Below are positions 40,967 to 50,531 of a stretch of 64,000 nt of DNA, one piece after another (position 1 is the stretch's first letter; every line of letters starts with the position of its first letter). Location of the stretch: positions 186,001 through 250,000 of the forward strand of contig CDROCS010002735.1 in assembly GCA_977020255.1 (NCBI GenBank), given 5' to 3'. The notes under the pieces were generated by a model. The model was given only the letters and a program-made list of their open reading frames with translations. It searched no databases and was not told the DNA's origin. The DNA is from Obrimoposthia wandeli (lineage: Eukaryota). The translations under genes were made by a program, and so were the position numbers.

Positions 40967-42124
40967 TCACAGTATTTGATTCGTCTGCGCAATTAAAATA
41001 CGTCGCGCAATGATCACATTCATAATTTCATTGGTGCCCTCTAATATGCGGTGCACACGGTTATCGCGAAGGTAGCGTTCCATCGGGTATTCTTTCATAT
41101 AACCGTTACCTCCTAAGATTTGTAGCGCTTCATCGCAAATTTTGAAGCAGGCATCGGTTGCAAAACGTTTTGCCATCGCACAATAAGTGCTGCGATCAGG
41201 GTGTTTATTATCTAATTTTGAGGCAGCTAAACGCACCATTTGTCTGGCGGCCACTAGATTAGTATTCATGTCGGCAACTTTAAACTGTAATGCCTGAAAA
41301 CTAGCGAGTTCACGCCCGAACTGTTTTCGTTCATGTAAATAATTAAGGGCGTAATCAAGTGCGGCTTGTGCAGTACCGACCGAACAAGTGGCAATATTGA
41401 CACGCCCACCATCTAAACCTTTCATGGCGATTTTAAATCCATCACCTTCCGTGCCTAATAAGTGATGCTCTGCTACTTCAACATTTTCAAAAGTGATAGT
41501 ACGTGTCGGCTGTGAATTCCAACCCATTTTCTGCTCTTTACGCCCATAACTGATACCAGCGGTATCTGCGGCGACAGCAAAAGCGGAGATACCTTTAGCA
41601 CCATCACCTGAAGTTCTAGCCATTACCAGTAGTAAATCAGTAGCGCCAGCGCCTGAAATAAAAACTTTAGCGCCATTTAAAATGTATTTATCGCCTTCTT
41701 TGCGCGCAGTGGTTTTTAAAGAGGCGGCATCAGAGCCAGCATTAGGTTCAGTTAAACAGTAAGAGCCCAATTTGTCACCGCTGCTAAGTGCTTCACTCCA
41801 TTGAGCTTTCGTGGCATCAGTGGCAAAGGTACTCAGCATCCAGCTGACCATATTGTGGATGGTTAAATATGCAGTCGTAGAAGTACAACCCATCGCCAGC
41901 TGTTCAAAAATAATGCTTGAATCTAACCGCCCTAATCCTAAGCCACCACCTGATTCAGGGGTATATAAGCCACATAAGCCAAGCTCACCGGCTTTTTTTA
42001 ATACATCAATAGGGAAATGTTGTTCTTCATCCCACGCAGCTGCATTTGGCATCATCTCTTTGTCTGCAAATGCTTTGGCCATATCACTAAAAGCTATTTG
42101 GTCTTCGTTTAATTCAAAATCCAT
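40967..42124 (-). CDS. Acyl-CoA dehydrogenase (isobutyryl-CoA dehydrogenase-like)
   Basis: YCLTEP.AGSDAASL, NG.K.FISGAG, KMGW.SQPT, GLDGGR.NIA.CS.G, RVHRILEGTNE. Confidence 0.92.
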   Translation of the reverse strand: MDFELNEDQIAFSDMAKAFADKEMMPNAAAWDEEQHFPIDVLKKAGELGLCGLYTPESGGGLGLGRLDSSIIFEQLAMGCTSTTAYLTIHNMVSWMLSTFATDATKAQWSEALSSGDKLGSYCLTEPNAGSDAASLKTTARKEGDKYILNGAKVFISGAGATDLLLVMARTSGDGAKGISAFAVAADTAGISYGRKEQKMGWNSQPTRTITFENVEVAEHHLLGTEGDGFKIAMKGLDGGRVNIATCSVGTAQAALDYALNYLHERKQFGRELASFQALQFKVADMNTNLVAARQMVRLAASKLDNKHPDRSTYCAMAKRFATDACFKICDEALQILGGNGYMKEYPMERYLRDNRVHRILEGTNEIMNVIIARRILIAQTNQIL

Positions 42125-42337
42125 GATCGCTACCCTGCATTATTTTGTGAGCTGAAGCTTGTTAATTCACTTCATTTTAACTTAATCTAACTTCAAATCA
42201 ATGACGTTAACTTTTGTTTTTATTAGTTTTTTATTTATTACTATTTGCATTTAACGCATAAAACGATAAACCATCAGCGAGACAGTTTACCGTTCTTTTA
42301 GCGTTTTTTAACAAACTTATAACCGTTAATATGCGCT

Positions 42338-43831
42338 TTATTTCATAGTAATGGTGGTGTTAACTCCAGTATCAATATCTTCTTCGAACCAGCGAGCCGT
42401 TACTGTTTTTGTTTCGGTGTAAAACTTAACAGCCTGCTTACCATAAGCGTGTTGATCACCGTAGAAAGATTTTCTCCAGCCAGTGAATGAGAACATTGGC
42501 AAAGGCACAGGTACAGGTACGTTTATACCCACATTACCTACTTTGATTTCATGCTGGTATTTACGCGCTGCTGCACCTGATGCTGTAAAAATTGAAGTGC
42601 CGTTGCCGTATGGGTTAGCATTGATCAAGGCAATCGCTTCTTCTAGCGTTTCAACTTCTAACGTGACTAATACCGGGCCAAAAATTTCATCTGTATAGAT
42701 TGTCATATCCGTTGTGACATCGGTAAACATGGTTGGGCCCACGAAATTACCTTTTTCTAAACCTTCAACAACAACATCAGAACCGTCTAATATGCAATTT
42801 GCCCCCGCCGCTTTACCTTCAGCGATAAATTCTAGAACACGTGCTTTAGCTTGTGGCGTAATTTGTGGGCCGTATCCGGCTTCTGGATCATCCCAAGCAC
42901 CTGGGCGTACTTTTGCCAGTGCGTCTTTAATCTGCGGAATAAGATGCTTTGATTCACCCACAAACACAGCAACTGAGATTGCCATACAACGCTGACCCGC
43001 AGCGCCAACTGATGCACCAGCAATGCTGTTAACCACTTGATTTTTTGCAGCATCAGGCATGATAACCATATGGTTTTTAGCACCTGCAAACGCTTGTACT
43101 CGTTTCATGTGGTCAGAACCAGTACGATAAATATATTCGCCAACATTACAAGAACCCACAAACGAAATGGCTGGCAAATCAGGATGTACTAATAACTGTT
43201 GAACAACTTCTTTAGCGCCGTGCAATACCTGTAACACGCCTTTAGGCGCGCCCGCTTCAATAAACAGTTCTGCTAAACGGTTTGGCGTTAATGGGTTATG
43301 CTCAGAAGGTTTTAGAATAAAAGTGTTACCGCAAGCAATTGCCATTGGGAACATCCACAATGGAATCATTGCCGGAAAGTTAAAAGGCGTGATACCGACA
43401 CAAACACCTAATGGCTGCGTAAAGCTAGAGCAATCAATTTTACGCGCTACATTTTCTAAGGTTTCACCCATCGTTAAAGAAGCAACGTTAGCTGCGTGCT
43501 CTACTACTTCAATACCGCGCCATACATCACCCATCGCATCTGGGAATGTTTTGCCTGACTCTTGTGAAAGAATAGTCGCAATTTCTTCTTGATGTTCTTT
43601 AAGAAGGGCTTGATAAGTTAGCATCACACGTGCTCTGTCGCCAACTGATCTCTCTTTCCACAGCTCAAACGCTTCTTTAGCGGTTTCAATGGCAAGATTC
43701 ACTTCTTCGTCAGTTGCACAAGGCACTTGTGCAATCACTTCTTGTGTCGCTGGGTTAGTTACATCAATCAGCCGTGTGCTTTTACTTGTGATAAATTCGC
43801 CGTTGATTAACAGTGGAACTTGCTTGGTCAT
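42338..43831 (-). CDS. mmsA: CoA-acylating methylmalonate-semialdehyde dehydrogenase
   Basis: [55 protein letters not shown]. Confidence 0.95.
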   Translation of the reverse strand: MTKQVPLLINGEFITSKSTRLIDVTNPATQEVIAQVPCATDEEVNLAIETAKEAFELWKERSVGDRARVMLTYQALLKEHQEEIATILSQESGKTFPDAMGDVWRGIEVVEHAANVASLTMGETLENVARKIDCSSFTQPLGVCVGITPFNFPAMIPLWMFPMAIACGNTFILKPSEHNPLTPNRLAELFIEAGAPKGVLQVLHGAKEVVQQLLVHPDLPAISFVGSCNVGEYIYRTGSDHMKRVQAFAGAKNHMVIMPDAAKNQVVNSIAGASVGAAGQRCMAISVAVFVGESKHLIPQIKDALAKVRPGAWDDPEAGYGPQITPQAKARVLEFIAEGKAAGANCILDGSDVVVEGLEKGNFVGPTMFTDVTTDMTIYTDEIFGPVLVTLEVETLEEAIALINANPYGNGTSIFTASGAAARKYQHEIKVGNVGINVPVPVPLPMFSFTGWRKSFYGDQHAYGKQAVKFYTETKTVTARWFEEDIDTGVNTTITMK

Positions 43832-44044
43832 TTTGCATTCCTTGTTTAGGGAGGTAAGCTGAGCGAAAAAGACTAACTCAGTTGTTTATGCATTGATTTA
43901 AACACAATAAAAGCACGCTAAGGATTGATAATCTTGTGCAATTAATGGATTATATTGCGATTCATCTACTCCTTTAGTATAGGTTTAGCTATTGGAATAG
44001 GATCAATTATTAGTATAGGGCTACCTATTAACATAAGGTCAACT

Positions 44045-44950
44045 ATGAGCCAACTTTCAAACTGGCCTTTACCTGCTGGTAGTTATCGCCATGTAGTGCC
44101 GAGAACTATCACTAAAAAACTTGCTCTAAATATGCTTTCGAGTGCCGTATACCCTAAAGCATCAGGTTTTTACCAACAGGCGAATAAACACACTATGTTG
44201 CGCCGAATTCATGATGATAATTTACTTATTTATTGCGTAGAAGGTTCGGGACAATTTAGTACTGATAATGTCCAGCACCGGGTCAAAAGCGGCGATATAT
44301 TAATACTACCCAGTGGTGTCGCACACGCCTATAGCGCAAGCGATGAAACCCCTTGGAGCATTTACTGGATTCATTTTAGTGGTGATAAATGCAGTGACTT
44401 TATTGAATATATACGACCGCAAAAAGAGAGTTTGATTATACCGGTTGGCGTGAACGCCGCTCTAATTAATAACTTTGAGATGCTGTTAGAAAGCATCCAA
44501 TCAAGCATTCATTTATCATCCTTTATTCATGCCTCTAATATGCTAAGGCAAATCCTCACGCATATTCCGTTACTTAAGCCACTTGCCAAAGCGCAATTAG
44601 TTGCCCATCAATTTAACTTAGAATTAGTGCACTCTATTATGCAATCTAACGTGCATGGCAGTTTAAATTTAGAAACGCTAGCGCAGAGCGTTAACTTATC
44701 TAAATTCCATTTCATAAAGAAATACAAAGAGTTAACTAATACCACGCCTATAAATTACTTTATCCATTTAAAAATTGAACGCGCTTGCCATCTACTGGAT
44801 ATATCAACCAAATCGATCAAAGAAATCAGTTTTAATTTAGGTTATGAAGATACCTATTACTTCTCACGAATATTTAAAAAAGTCATGGGTATTTCTCCTA
44901 AGCAGTATCGACAAATGCGTAATAGCACCTTCCAAAGTAGTGCTCTGTAA
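44045..44950 (+). CDS. mmsR: AraC family regulator divergent from mmsA (MmsR-like)
   Basis: Cupin domain (IYC..G.G, PW.IYW.HF.G) plus double HTH (LSKFHF..KY, YFSR.FKK.MG.SP). Start moved to ATG 44045. Confidence 0.8.
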   Translation: MSQLSNWPLPAGSYRHVVPRTITKKLALNMLSSAVYPKASGFYQQANKHTMLRRIHDDNLLIYCVEGSGQFSTDNVQHRVKSGDILILPSGVAHAYSASDETPWSIYWIHFSGDKCSDFIEYIRPQKESLIIPVGVNAALINNFEMLLESIQSSIHLSSFIHASNMLRQILTHIPLLKPLAKAQLVAHQFNLELVHSIMQSNVHGSLNLETLAQSVNLSKFHFIKKYKELTNTTPINYFIHLKIERACHLLDISTKSIKEISFNLGYEDTYYFSRIFKKVMGISPKQYRQMRNSTFQSSAL

Positions 44951-45098
44951 TAATTGATTTAAAAAGTTAATTTAAGCAGATCATCTAAACACTATTATCC
45001 TATAGGTATTCTCTAATAGGACTTTGCCACATAGTGGCCTATAATTGCGCTTTTTTATTAAGTCACTATTTTCAGTAGCGATCATACAGAGTGTGCTA

Positions 45099-45602
45099 AT
45101 GCAATTATATCCAATTGATAAATCGATCTATAACAAACGCATAAAAATAGTTTTTTTCGCAATATGCTTATTTATGATAACGGTATCCTTGTTTGTGTCT
45201 ACGCTGTTAATTCATTTTTTCAGCTTTGGCGAAGGTAATAATTTCTGGTTAAATGTTGCAGGTATTTTAGCCGCCGCAGCAGCCTTTTCTGCTGTTTATA
45301 GGCATTACAAAACACACCCTTTTTTACAAGACATTGTTTTTGTACGCGCCTTAAAAGCACAACTAAATTACATTTATCGAAAACAACAGCCTTTATTGAA
45401 AGCCATGCAAGCAGGCGACCCCACTGCTATGGCTGTTCTTGATTTCAGCTATAACACGGCAAAATTTGTTTACGAATTAGATAACAATACCTTAACACTG
45501 GAAGAGCTCAATAAAGCGCATAACGAATTGAAAGCACTGGCTGATAAGTATCAAGTTACTGAGTTTGAAACTTACTCAAGAGATTTACTGAAAAATTACT
45601 AG
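45099..45602 (+). CDS. DUF3087 family protein
   Basis: MQL..IDK..Y, two TM segments, NF.LN..G, P...I.....LK..LN.IYRK, Y.LD.N. Start moved to ATG 45099. Confidence 0.75.
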   Translation: MQLYPIDKSIYNKRIKIVFFAICLFMITVSLFVSTLLIHFFSFGEGNNFWLNVAGILAAAAAFSAVYRHYKTHPFLQDIVFVRALKAQLNYIYRKQQPLLKAMQAGDPTAMAVLDFSYNTAKFVYELDNNTLTLEELNKAHNELKALADKYQVTEFETYSRDLLKNY

Positions 45603-45749
45603 TTTGGTCCTAATATAATGGCGCTAGAACAGTAATGAAGCCTTTATTCTTACTTTAAAGCAAGGACCAAAAAAGATTTGCTCAGTATTATGCATTGGTT
45701 TTGAGCATAACAGCATTGCGATGTATATTAATTTATATATTAACACTTA

Positions 45750-46369
45750 GATTACCGCGCCCTGTGAGCGGGGGTAAAAAAAGCTTTGCGTAAAAGTTAC
45801 TCAAATGTACATCCTAAAAGAGCTGTTCCCGCAATTCGATTAGGAGAATACAAATGAGTAGATTTAAAAAATTAGCACATGTTTTATGGCATTGCCAGTA
45901 CCACATTGTTTTTGTACCCAAGTACCGTTACAGGGTACTGACAGGTAATATTGGCAAGTCAGTTTACCAAAGTATAAGAGCGCAAACAGAAAGAGCAGGT
46001 TGTGAAATAGTTGAATTGAATGTGCAGCCCGACCATGTTCATTTATTGGTAAGAATCCCGCCAAAGGTTCAGTATCATCGCTAGTAGGCAGAGTAAAAGG
46101 TAAAACTGCAATATTAGTGTTTCAAAAATATCCAGATTTAAGATCGAAGAGATATTGGGGAAATCACTTTTGGTCAGTTGGTTATTGTGTTGATACCGTA
46201 GGTATGGATACAGAAATGATAAGAAAGTACGTCAAATATCAAGATAACAAATAAAGTAGAGGATCGGGAATAACTAGCTATTCCTGCAAAGCCCTTTGGG
46301 TTTTGCTGAGAACGGCCTTTCAGGCCGATTACATACCACGTTTTTTAAGCTTGATAGTTGATTCTTCAA
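45750..46369 (+). mobile_element. Degenerate IS200-type element (different subgroup from 14810..15372)
   Basis: Decayed left hairpin at ~45752-45777, frameshifted tnpA, decayed right hairpin at ~46334-46360, and a possible TCAA right-end cleavage tetranucleotide at 46366-69. Confidence 0.8.
45854..46254 (+). pseudogene. tnpA: IS200 Y1 transposase with a -1 frameshift at ~46068
   Basis: MSRFKKLAH..WHCQYHIVFVPKYRY...DHVHL..IPPKV; restoring one T continues SVSSLVGRVKGKTA...YWGNHFWSVGYCVDTVG..EMIRKYVKYQ. Confidence 0.9.
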
Positions 46370-46692
46370 ATAATGAACCGCTACCACCGCAGTTAATGTA
46401 TGGCCTATTGGCGCAAGCCTCGAACCAAGGTAACAAGTTTGATGGGATTGGGCGTTAAAGTTTAAACGGCAGCTGCTTGTGGCATTACCAGTAAAGGGCC
46501 ATGGCATAGCTCTAAAATCCCCGCTTTCCTAAGTATAAAAAGCATCAGACATCGTCGAATGATTATTTAAAACGTCAGGTTTTTATACGTAACGTGATGG
46601 ATTAAGCTTCACTATTCTAAGTGGAACCCCTGGGCGCATCCGCTTACAGGGTGTTGTGGGGGCTGAGGGTTAGAGACCTTCGGCTACTCGAT
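46370..46692 (+). mobile_element. 3' remnant of a group II intron (class IIC-attC-like): end of the maturase X domain plus RNA domains V and VI
   Basis: Degraded MAYW.RKPRTKV..LM.LGV...AA.CGITSKGPW.SSK...WIKLHYSK; D5-like ggaacccctgggcgcatccgcttacagggtgttgtgggg; D6 ggctgagggttagagaccttcggctactcgAT end. Confidence 0.85.
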
Positions 46693-46698
46693 TAATTG

Positions 46699-47592
46699 CT
46701 AATCGTTTGAGTGTAGTGCCGAATTTAGCCCTCCCCATACTTTTGAGTCAGTAGGTAAAACTTCTACCTGACCATTTAGGCTATTGCGTCTGAAAAGCAA
46801 ATTAGACATTCCGGACAGCACGCGAGCAGATACCACTTTATTGTCAGGTGTTCTGACCTTTGTACCAGCAGTCACATATAATCCAGCTTCAACGATACAA
46901 TCATCACCAAGGGAAATTCCAATACCCGCATTTGCACCTAGTAGTGAACGCTCTCCGATTGAGTTTACTTGTTTACCGCCTCCAGACAAGGTACCCATAA
47001 TGGATGAGCCTGCGCCTACATCTGAATTATTACCCACTATAACACCAGGAGTAACTCGACCTTCAACCATGGAGTTACCAATAGTTCCTGCGTTGAAATT
47101 AACAAAACCTTCGTGCATTACAGTTGTACCACTTGCTAAGTGTGCACCTAAACGAACCCTATCTGCATCACCAATTCGTATACCATCAGGTACAACGTAG
47201 TCTGTCATACGAGGGAATTTATCAACAGAAGTCACTTGTACATGGAAAAAGTATTCTGCGACCAAACTTTTGAGCTTACTTAAGTTCACTGGCAGACATG
47301 GACCAGCATTTGTCCAAGCGATGTTAGGAAGCAGTCCAAATATATTCTCTAGATTTAATTCATTTGGTTTAGCACTACGCTCAGACAGAAGATGCAAACG
47401 CAAGTAAGCATCCTCTGTTGACTGAGGGGGTAACTTCGGGTCAATAGTAATTTCAAATATTTCGCCAAAGACTAAACTTACTTTTTCCACTAAGCATGAG
47501 CGATTAATTTCGTTGGTATCTAATGGAAACCAACTATCAATGACTTTACTTGTCGCTACATCTATATAGCGATGTCCTTTCCTTGTTATCAA
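46699..47592 (-). CDS. dapD: Tetrahydrodipicolinate N-succinyltransferase, actinobacterial-type, in an integron cassette
   Basis: VIDSWFP, EDAYLRLHLLS, DKFPRMTDYVVP, DADRVRLGAHL..GTTVMHEGFVNFNAGT, SIMGTLSGGG, NLLFRRNS. Start set at TTG 47592 after GAGGAAG; the ORF-track extension runs through the attC. Confidence 0.88.
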   Translation of the reverse strand: MITRKGHRYIDVATSKVIDSWFPLDTNEINRSCLVEKVSLVFGEIFEITIDPKLPPQSTEDAYLRLHLLSERSAKPNELNLENIFGLLPNIAWTNAGPCLPVNLSKLKSLVAEYFFHVQVTSVDKFPRMTDYVVPDGIRIGDADRVRLGAHLASGTTVMHEGFVNFNAGTIGNSMVEGRVTPGVIVGNNSDVGAGSSIMGTLSGGGKQVNSIGERSLLGANAGIGISLGDDCIVEAGLYVTAGTKVRTPDNKVVSARVLSGMSNLLFRRNSLNGQVEVLPTDSKVWGGLNSALHSND

Positions 47593-47624
47593 TTTTCTTC
47601 CTCGGTTTAAAAGCTCTATGAAGC

Positions 47625-47706
47625 AACTAACACTAACCGTAACCGGCGTAGTTTTTGCGAGCATAGCGAACGAAAAATACGTCCGAGTTTAGGGTCCTGA
47701 ATTCAT
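47625..47706 (-). other. attC site (degenerate inverse core) between the GFA and dapD cassettes
   Basis: Imperfect palindrome cggacgtatttttcg...caaaaactacgccg ending in core GTTAGTT (47631-47625). Confidence 0.65.
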
Positions 47707-48069
47707 TTACTGCTTTATTTCTTCCCATGTATCAGCACCATCAAAATATCTAATTTTAAGAGCACTAACAACATTTGCATTTACTAAACGAAAATTGACA
47801 GCCATTTTATCTTTATTGCCAAGTTCTGTTGCGGTGTAATGAGTTAAACAACCACAGTTGTTGCAATGATGGAATTCAATGGTTTTATCACCCCAAGAGT
47901 ATGAAGAAATAGAATTAGCTGCAGCAGTAACGTTAATGTCTTTAGGTGAAAAGTAAGCCCATAATGATGCGTATTTACTACAAGCAGAACAATTACAACT
48001 TGTAACTGTCTCCGTTGTTTCTGGAACTACTATTTTGATATTGCCACAATGACAACTTGCTTCGATCAT
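47707..48069 (-). CDS. GFA (CENP-V/glutathione-dependent formaldehyde-activating) family protein, cassette gene
   Basis: CHCG, CNCSAC, HHCNNCGC.THY, AVNFRL, FDGA. Start at ATG 48069 (alternative 48084). Confidence 0.88.
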   Translation of the reverse strand: MIEASCHCGNIKIVVPETTETVTSCNCSACSKYASLWAYFSPKDINVTAAANSISSYSWGDKTIEFHHCNNCGCLTHYTATELGNKDKMAVNFRLVNANVVSALKIRYFDGADTWEEIKQ

Positions 48070-48087
48070 TCCCTGATACTCCATGAT

Positions 48088-48165
48088 GCCTATCGCTTTT
48101 AGCAGGGGACGAAAAACCAAAGCGGCGCAGCGGTTTTTTGTTCCCTCTGGCTGGCTGTGTTAGAT
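48088..48165 (-). other. attC site (78 bp)
   Basis: ATCTAAC...agggaacaaaaaacc...ggtttttcgtcccct...GATAGGC (core with one substitution). Confidence 0.8.
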
Positions 48166-48171
48166 TTATTT

Positions 48172-48861
48172 TCAGACAAATTCAACCGATCCTCCTACAG
48201 ACACCGTACCAGTAGATAGTACTTTTGCATAGACTCCAATATACAGGCCAAACTGCTGTGATACTGACTTAAGAATTTTAGGCTGATTCTCAAGAGTTGG
48301 CTGAGCCATTGTAATCATGCGACACCGTTCTGTTTTGTGAGTTATCTCCAAAATTGTTTCGCCAACTTTTATCGTTTTTCCAACAAGCTCTTGATCGAGG
48401 TACCCACTATCTATAACGATATTTGGCCTAAAGCGCCTTGAATCTATACCCGAGTTTGGCAATAGTTTTTCAAGCAAAGATAAAGATGAGGTCGTTAAAA
48501 TATGTATTGCGCCATCATCAAAATGAAGTATGTCACGCTCCTTGGTCAAAGTGACGGCTTGGCCAAGTGTTTCAGATAACTTACGGTTCATCGATGGATC
48601 TTTGTCTGTGAGCACAATGCCATCTGGAAACTTAATCGATACTCCATTTGCTGAGATCTCGGCAGACATTGAAAAAAGCCCATCAATTCTTCTAAATCTA
48701 CGTGTATTTTTGCCACTACCAAATTTCCCATCAGAATTGGATACAGCGTACTCCCTGTCACCCAAAACACCTCTTGCATCAATATCGAGAGTTTCTAATC
48801 TCTCACCAATGAGTGATTTGACAGGGTACCGCCAAAGTGACACTACTCTTCCTAATTCCAT
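48172..48861 (-). CDS. MOSC domain-containing protein, cassette gene
   Basis: V.SLWRYPVKSL.GE, GDREYA, RRFRPNI, ERC.M.T, GVYA.V...G.V.VG. Confidence 0.9.
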   Translation of the reverse strand: MELGRVVSLWRYPVKSLIGERLETLDIDARGVLGDREYAVSNSDGKFGSGKNTRRFRRIDGLFSMSAEISANGVSIKFPDGIVLTDKDPSMNRKLSETLGQAVTLTKERDILHFDDGAIHILTTSSLSLLEKLLPNSGIDSRRFRPNIVIDSGYLDQELVGKTIKVGETILEITHKTERCRMITMAQPTLENQPKILKSVSQQFGLYIGVYAKVLSTGTVSVGGSVEFV

Positions 48862-48885
48862 TTATGTATCCATACTTGGCTGAAA

Positions 48886-48966
48886 ATCTAACGCTCGCCG
48901 CACTGGCGAGCAACTTGTTGCGAGTCCAAGGCACAGACTGCCTGATTATGCTGGCACTTGTTACAT
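48886..48966 (-). other. attC site (81 bp)
   Basis: ATGTAAC (overlapping the HAD stop)...ggactcgcaacaagttgctcgcc...GTTAGAT. Confidence 0.8.
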
Positions 48967-49611
48967 ACTGCCACTGAGACCAGCCATAGCCAACGTTTTA
49001 TCAACATCTGTGAAGTCATTTATCTTTCGTATATGACTTACTCGATCGCCAACAATAACCACATTTGCATTTAGCTCTTCACATGCTCTTAAGTCCCAGC
49101 CTGCATCACCAAAATATGTTAACGGAACTGAAGAATCGCAATCAGCTCTCGATTTGGCGAGTTTCATGATTTCTATCCTCGAATAGTGATCATTGGATGA
49201 AGCCAAGGGAATCCCGTCAAGGTCAAAGCCAGCAGAATTAAGTTTCTCTATAGCAGTATCTGCCCAGCCCCCTGTTGCGATGCTTAATGTGATGGTACTT
49301 TTTAATTTAAGATGCTCTAAAAACTCAATTGCACCTTCTACAGCGTTTGCAGGGTTAGAGATTAGGTGCTCCCTAATCTTGGTAATGAAAACTGGTTTCA
49401 CTAAATTTTCTAATTTTTCAATTGAATAATTGAAAGCCTGTCTTTCAATAAATGTCATCAGGATCCCTCGGTCAGTGACATAAGGGTAGCTTTCCCAGTC
49501 GCTGTCAATTTTTATCCCTGTCACTTCTTGAATCGAAGCGATAAAACATTGCTCATCAAAATCATAGGATTGAACGAGGGTACCGTCAACGTCAAACATT
49601 ACATGCTTCAT
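48961..49611 (-). CDS. HAD family hydrolase, cassette gene
   Basis: MFDVDGTLV (motif I), IATGG (motif II), R.EIM (motif III region), YFGDA.WD (motif IV). Confidence 0.9.
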   Translation of the reverse strand: MKHVMFDVDGTLVQSYDFDEQCFIASIQEVTGIKIDSDWESYPYVTDRGILMTFIERQAFNYSIEKLENLVKPVFITKIREHLISNPANAVEGAIEFLEHLKLKSTITLSIATGGWADTAIEKLNSAGFDLDGIPLASSNDHYSRIEIMKLAKSRADCDSSVPLTYFGDAGWDLRACEELNANVVIVGDRVSHIRKINDFTDVDKTLAMAGLSGSM

Positions 49612-49627
49612 TTAGATGCCATTTAGT

Positions 49628-49735
49628 ATGTAACGCCAAGCTAAACGGAGGAGTAATGTTGGCGACTTTTTAGCGTTTCTTTGCGCAAAAGGAGGTGACA
49701 AGATTACGGAGTCCGATTTGAGCGCCTTGTTAAAT
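49628..49735 (-). other. attC site (108 bp, long VCR-like type)
   Basis: ATTTAACaaggcgctcaaatcggac...ccgtttagcttggcGTTACAT. Confidence 0.88.
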
Positions 49736-50152
49736 ATTTTTTCATTAGCATGCCAGAAATACCACAAACAGGCATTACAACTAAAGAAACCAAAAAGCCT
49801 ACAAAACCAAATATAGCAGCACGTACTAAGTAACTATCATTGTCATTTCAATGTGCACCTAAACACATTTCTTAATGTTATAGAATGCGGGTAGCTCACC
49901 TTGATTTACTACAACTAATACTAATGTCGCCAAAATTGCGAACTTCATTCCAGTGATGAATTTCGGCTCTGTAATCCCATGCAGCCATTTGACTTTACTT
50001 ACAATGAAAACTGCAATTAAGGAACTAGCTAAAACACCAACGATATCTTTTATGTTTATATTTCCAATGTTTGGTGAAAAGTACCAAGCACCTACTGTCG
50101 TGACTGCAAAACAAAAAGCATATACGAACAGTACTATGTGATTATTATTCAC
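49704..50152 (-). pseudogene. Membrane protein cassette gene, interrupted (ORF 49859..50152 plus a continuation in another frame)
   Basis: Three TM segments, then a stop; another frame continues NDNDSYLVRAAIFGFVGFLVSLVVMPVCGISGMLMKKYLTRRSNRTP*, reading into the attC as cassette genes often do. Confidence 0.55.
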
Positions 50153-50531
50153 CAGGATTCTTTGTATATAACAGCTTTATAACTGCGCATGCGCGTTTGT
50201 ATGGGGAAGTAAATTCTACAAAAGAGATATAACTAATTAATTCATTAAGAAAAAATCCATTTTATAAAAAACTCCCTAGAAAAATGAGCATGCGCGTTTG
50301 TAAAAATGACGAGTTTCTCGTTATTTATTTTTTTACTTATCTATATTATTGATATTGCATCAGTTTAAATGATATTGCCAGCGCAAACGAGCATGGTATC
50401 TAAAATTAGTAGTGCAATATCAAGCTATAATCAACGAGCGCGCTTAGAATCTAAACACGCTCGTTTTAAAACATTCCTTTTCACACTACCCTTCTTACAT
50501 CACTCTCTTTTTACATCCTCTGTTCGCATCT

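Larger units (their letters stand above)
46693..50200 (-). mobile_element. Integron gene-cassette array lacking an integrase (CALIN), five cassettes
   Basis: Co-oriented single genes separated by palindromic attC sites; for two cassettes the core and inverse core are exact complements; no intI in the flanks. Confidence 0.85.

Noticed and set aside
46274-46507. 77-aa minus-strand ORF
   Set aside because: Antisense to the intron maturase remnant and the IS200 right end; explained by those features.
47593-47664. N-terminal extension of DapD, and of the GFA ORF (48085-48120), given in the ORF track
   Set aside because: These extensions run through attC sites; downstream starts with RBSs fit better.
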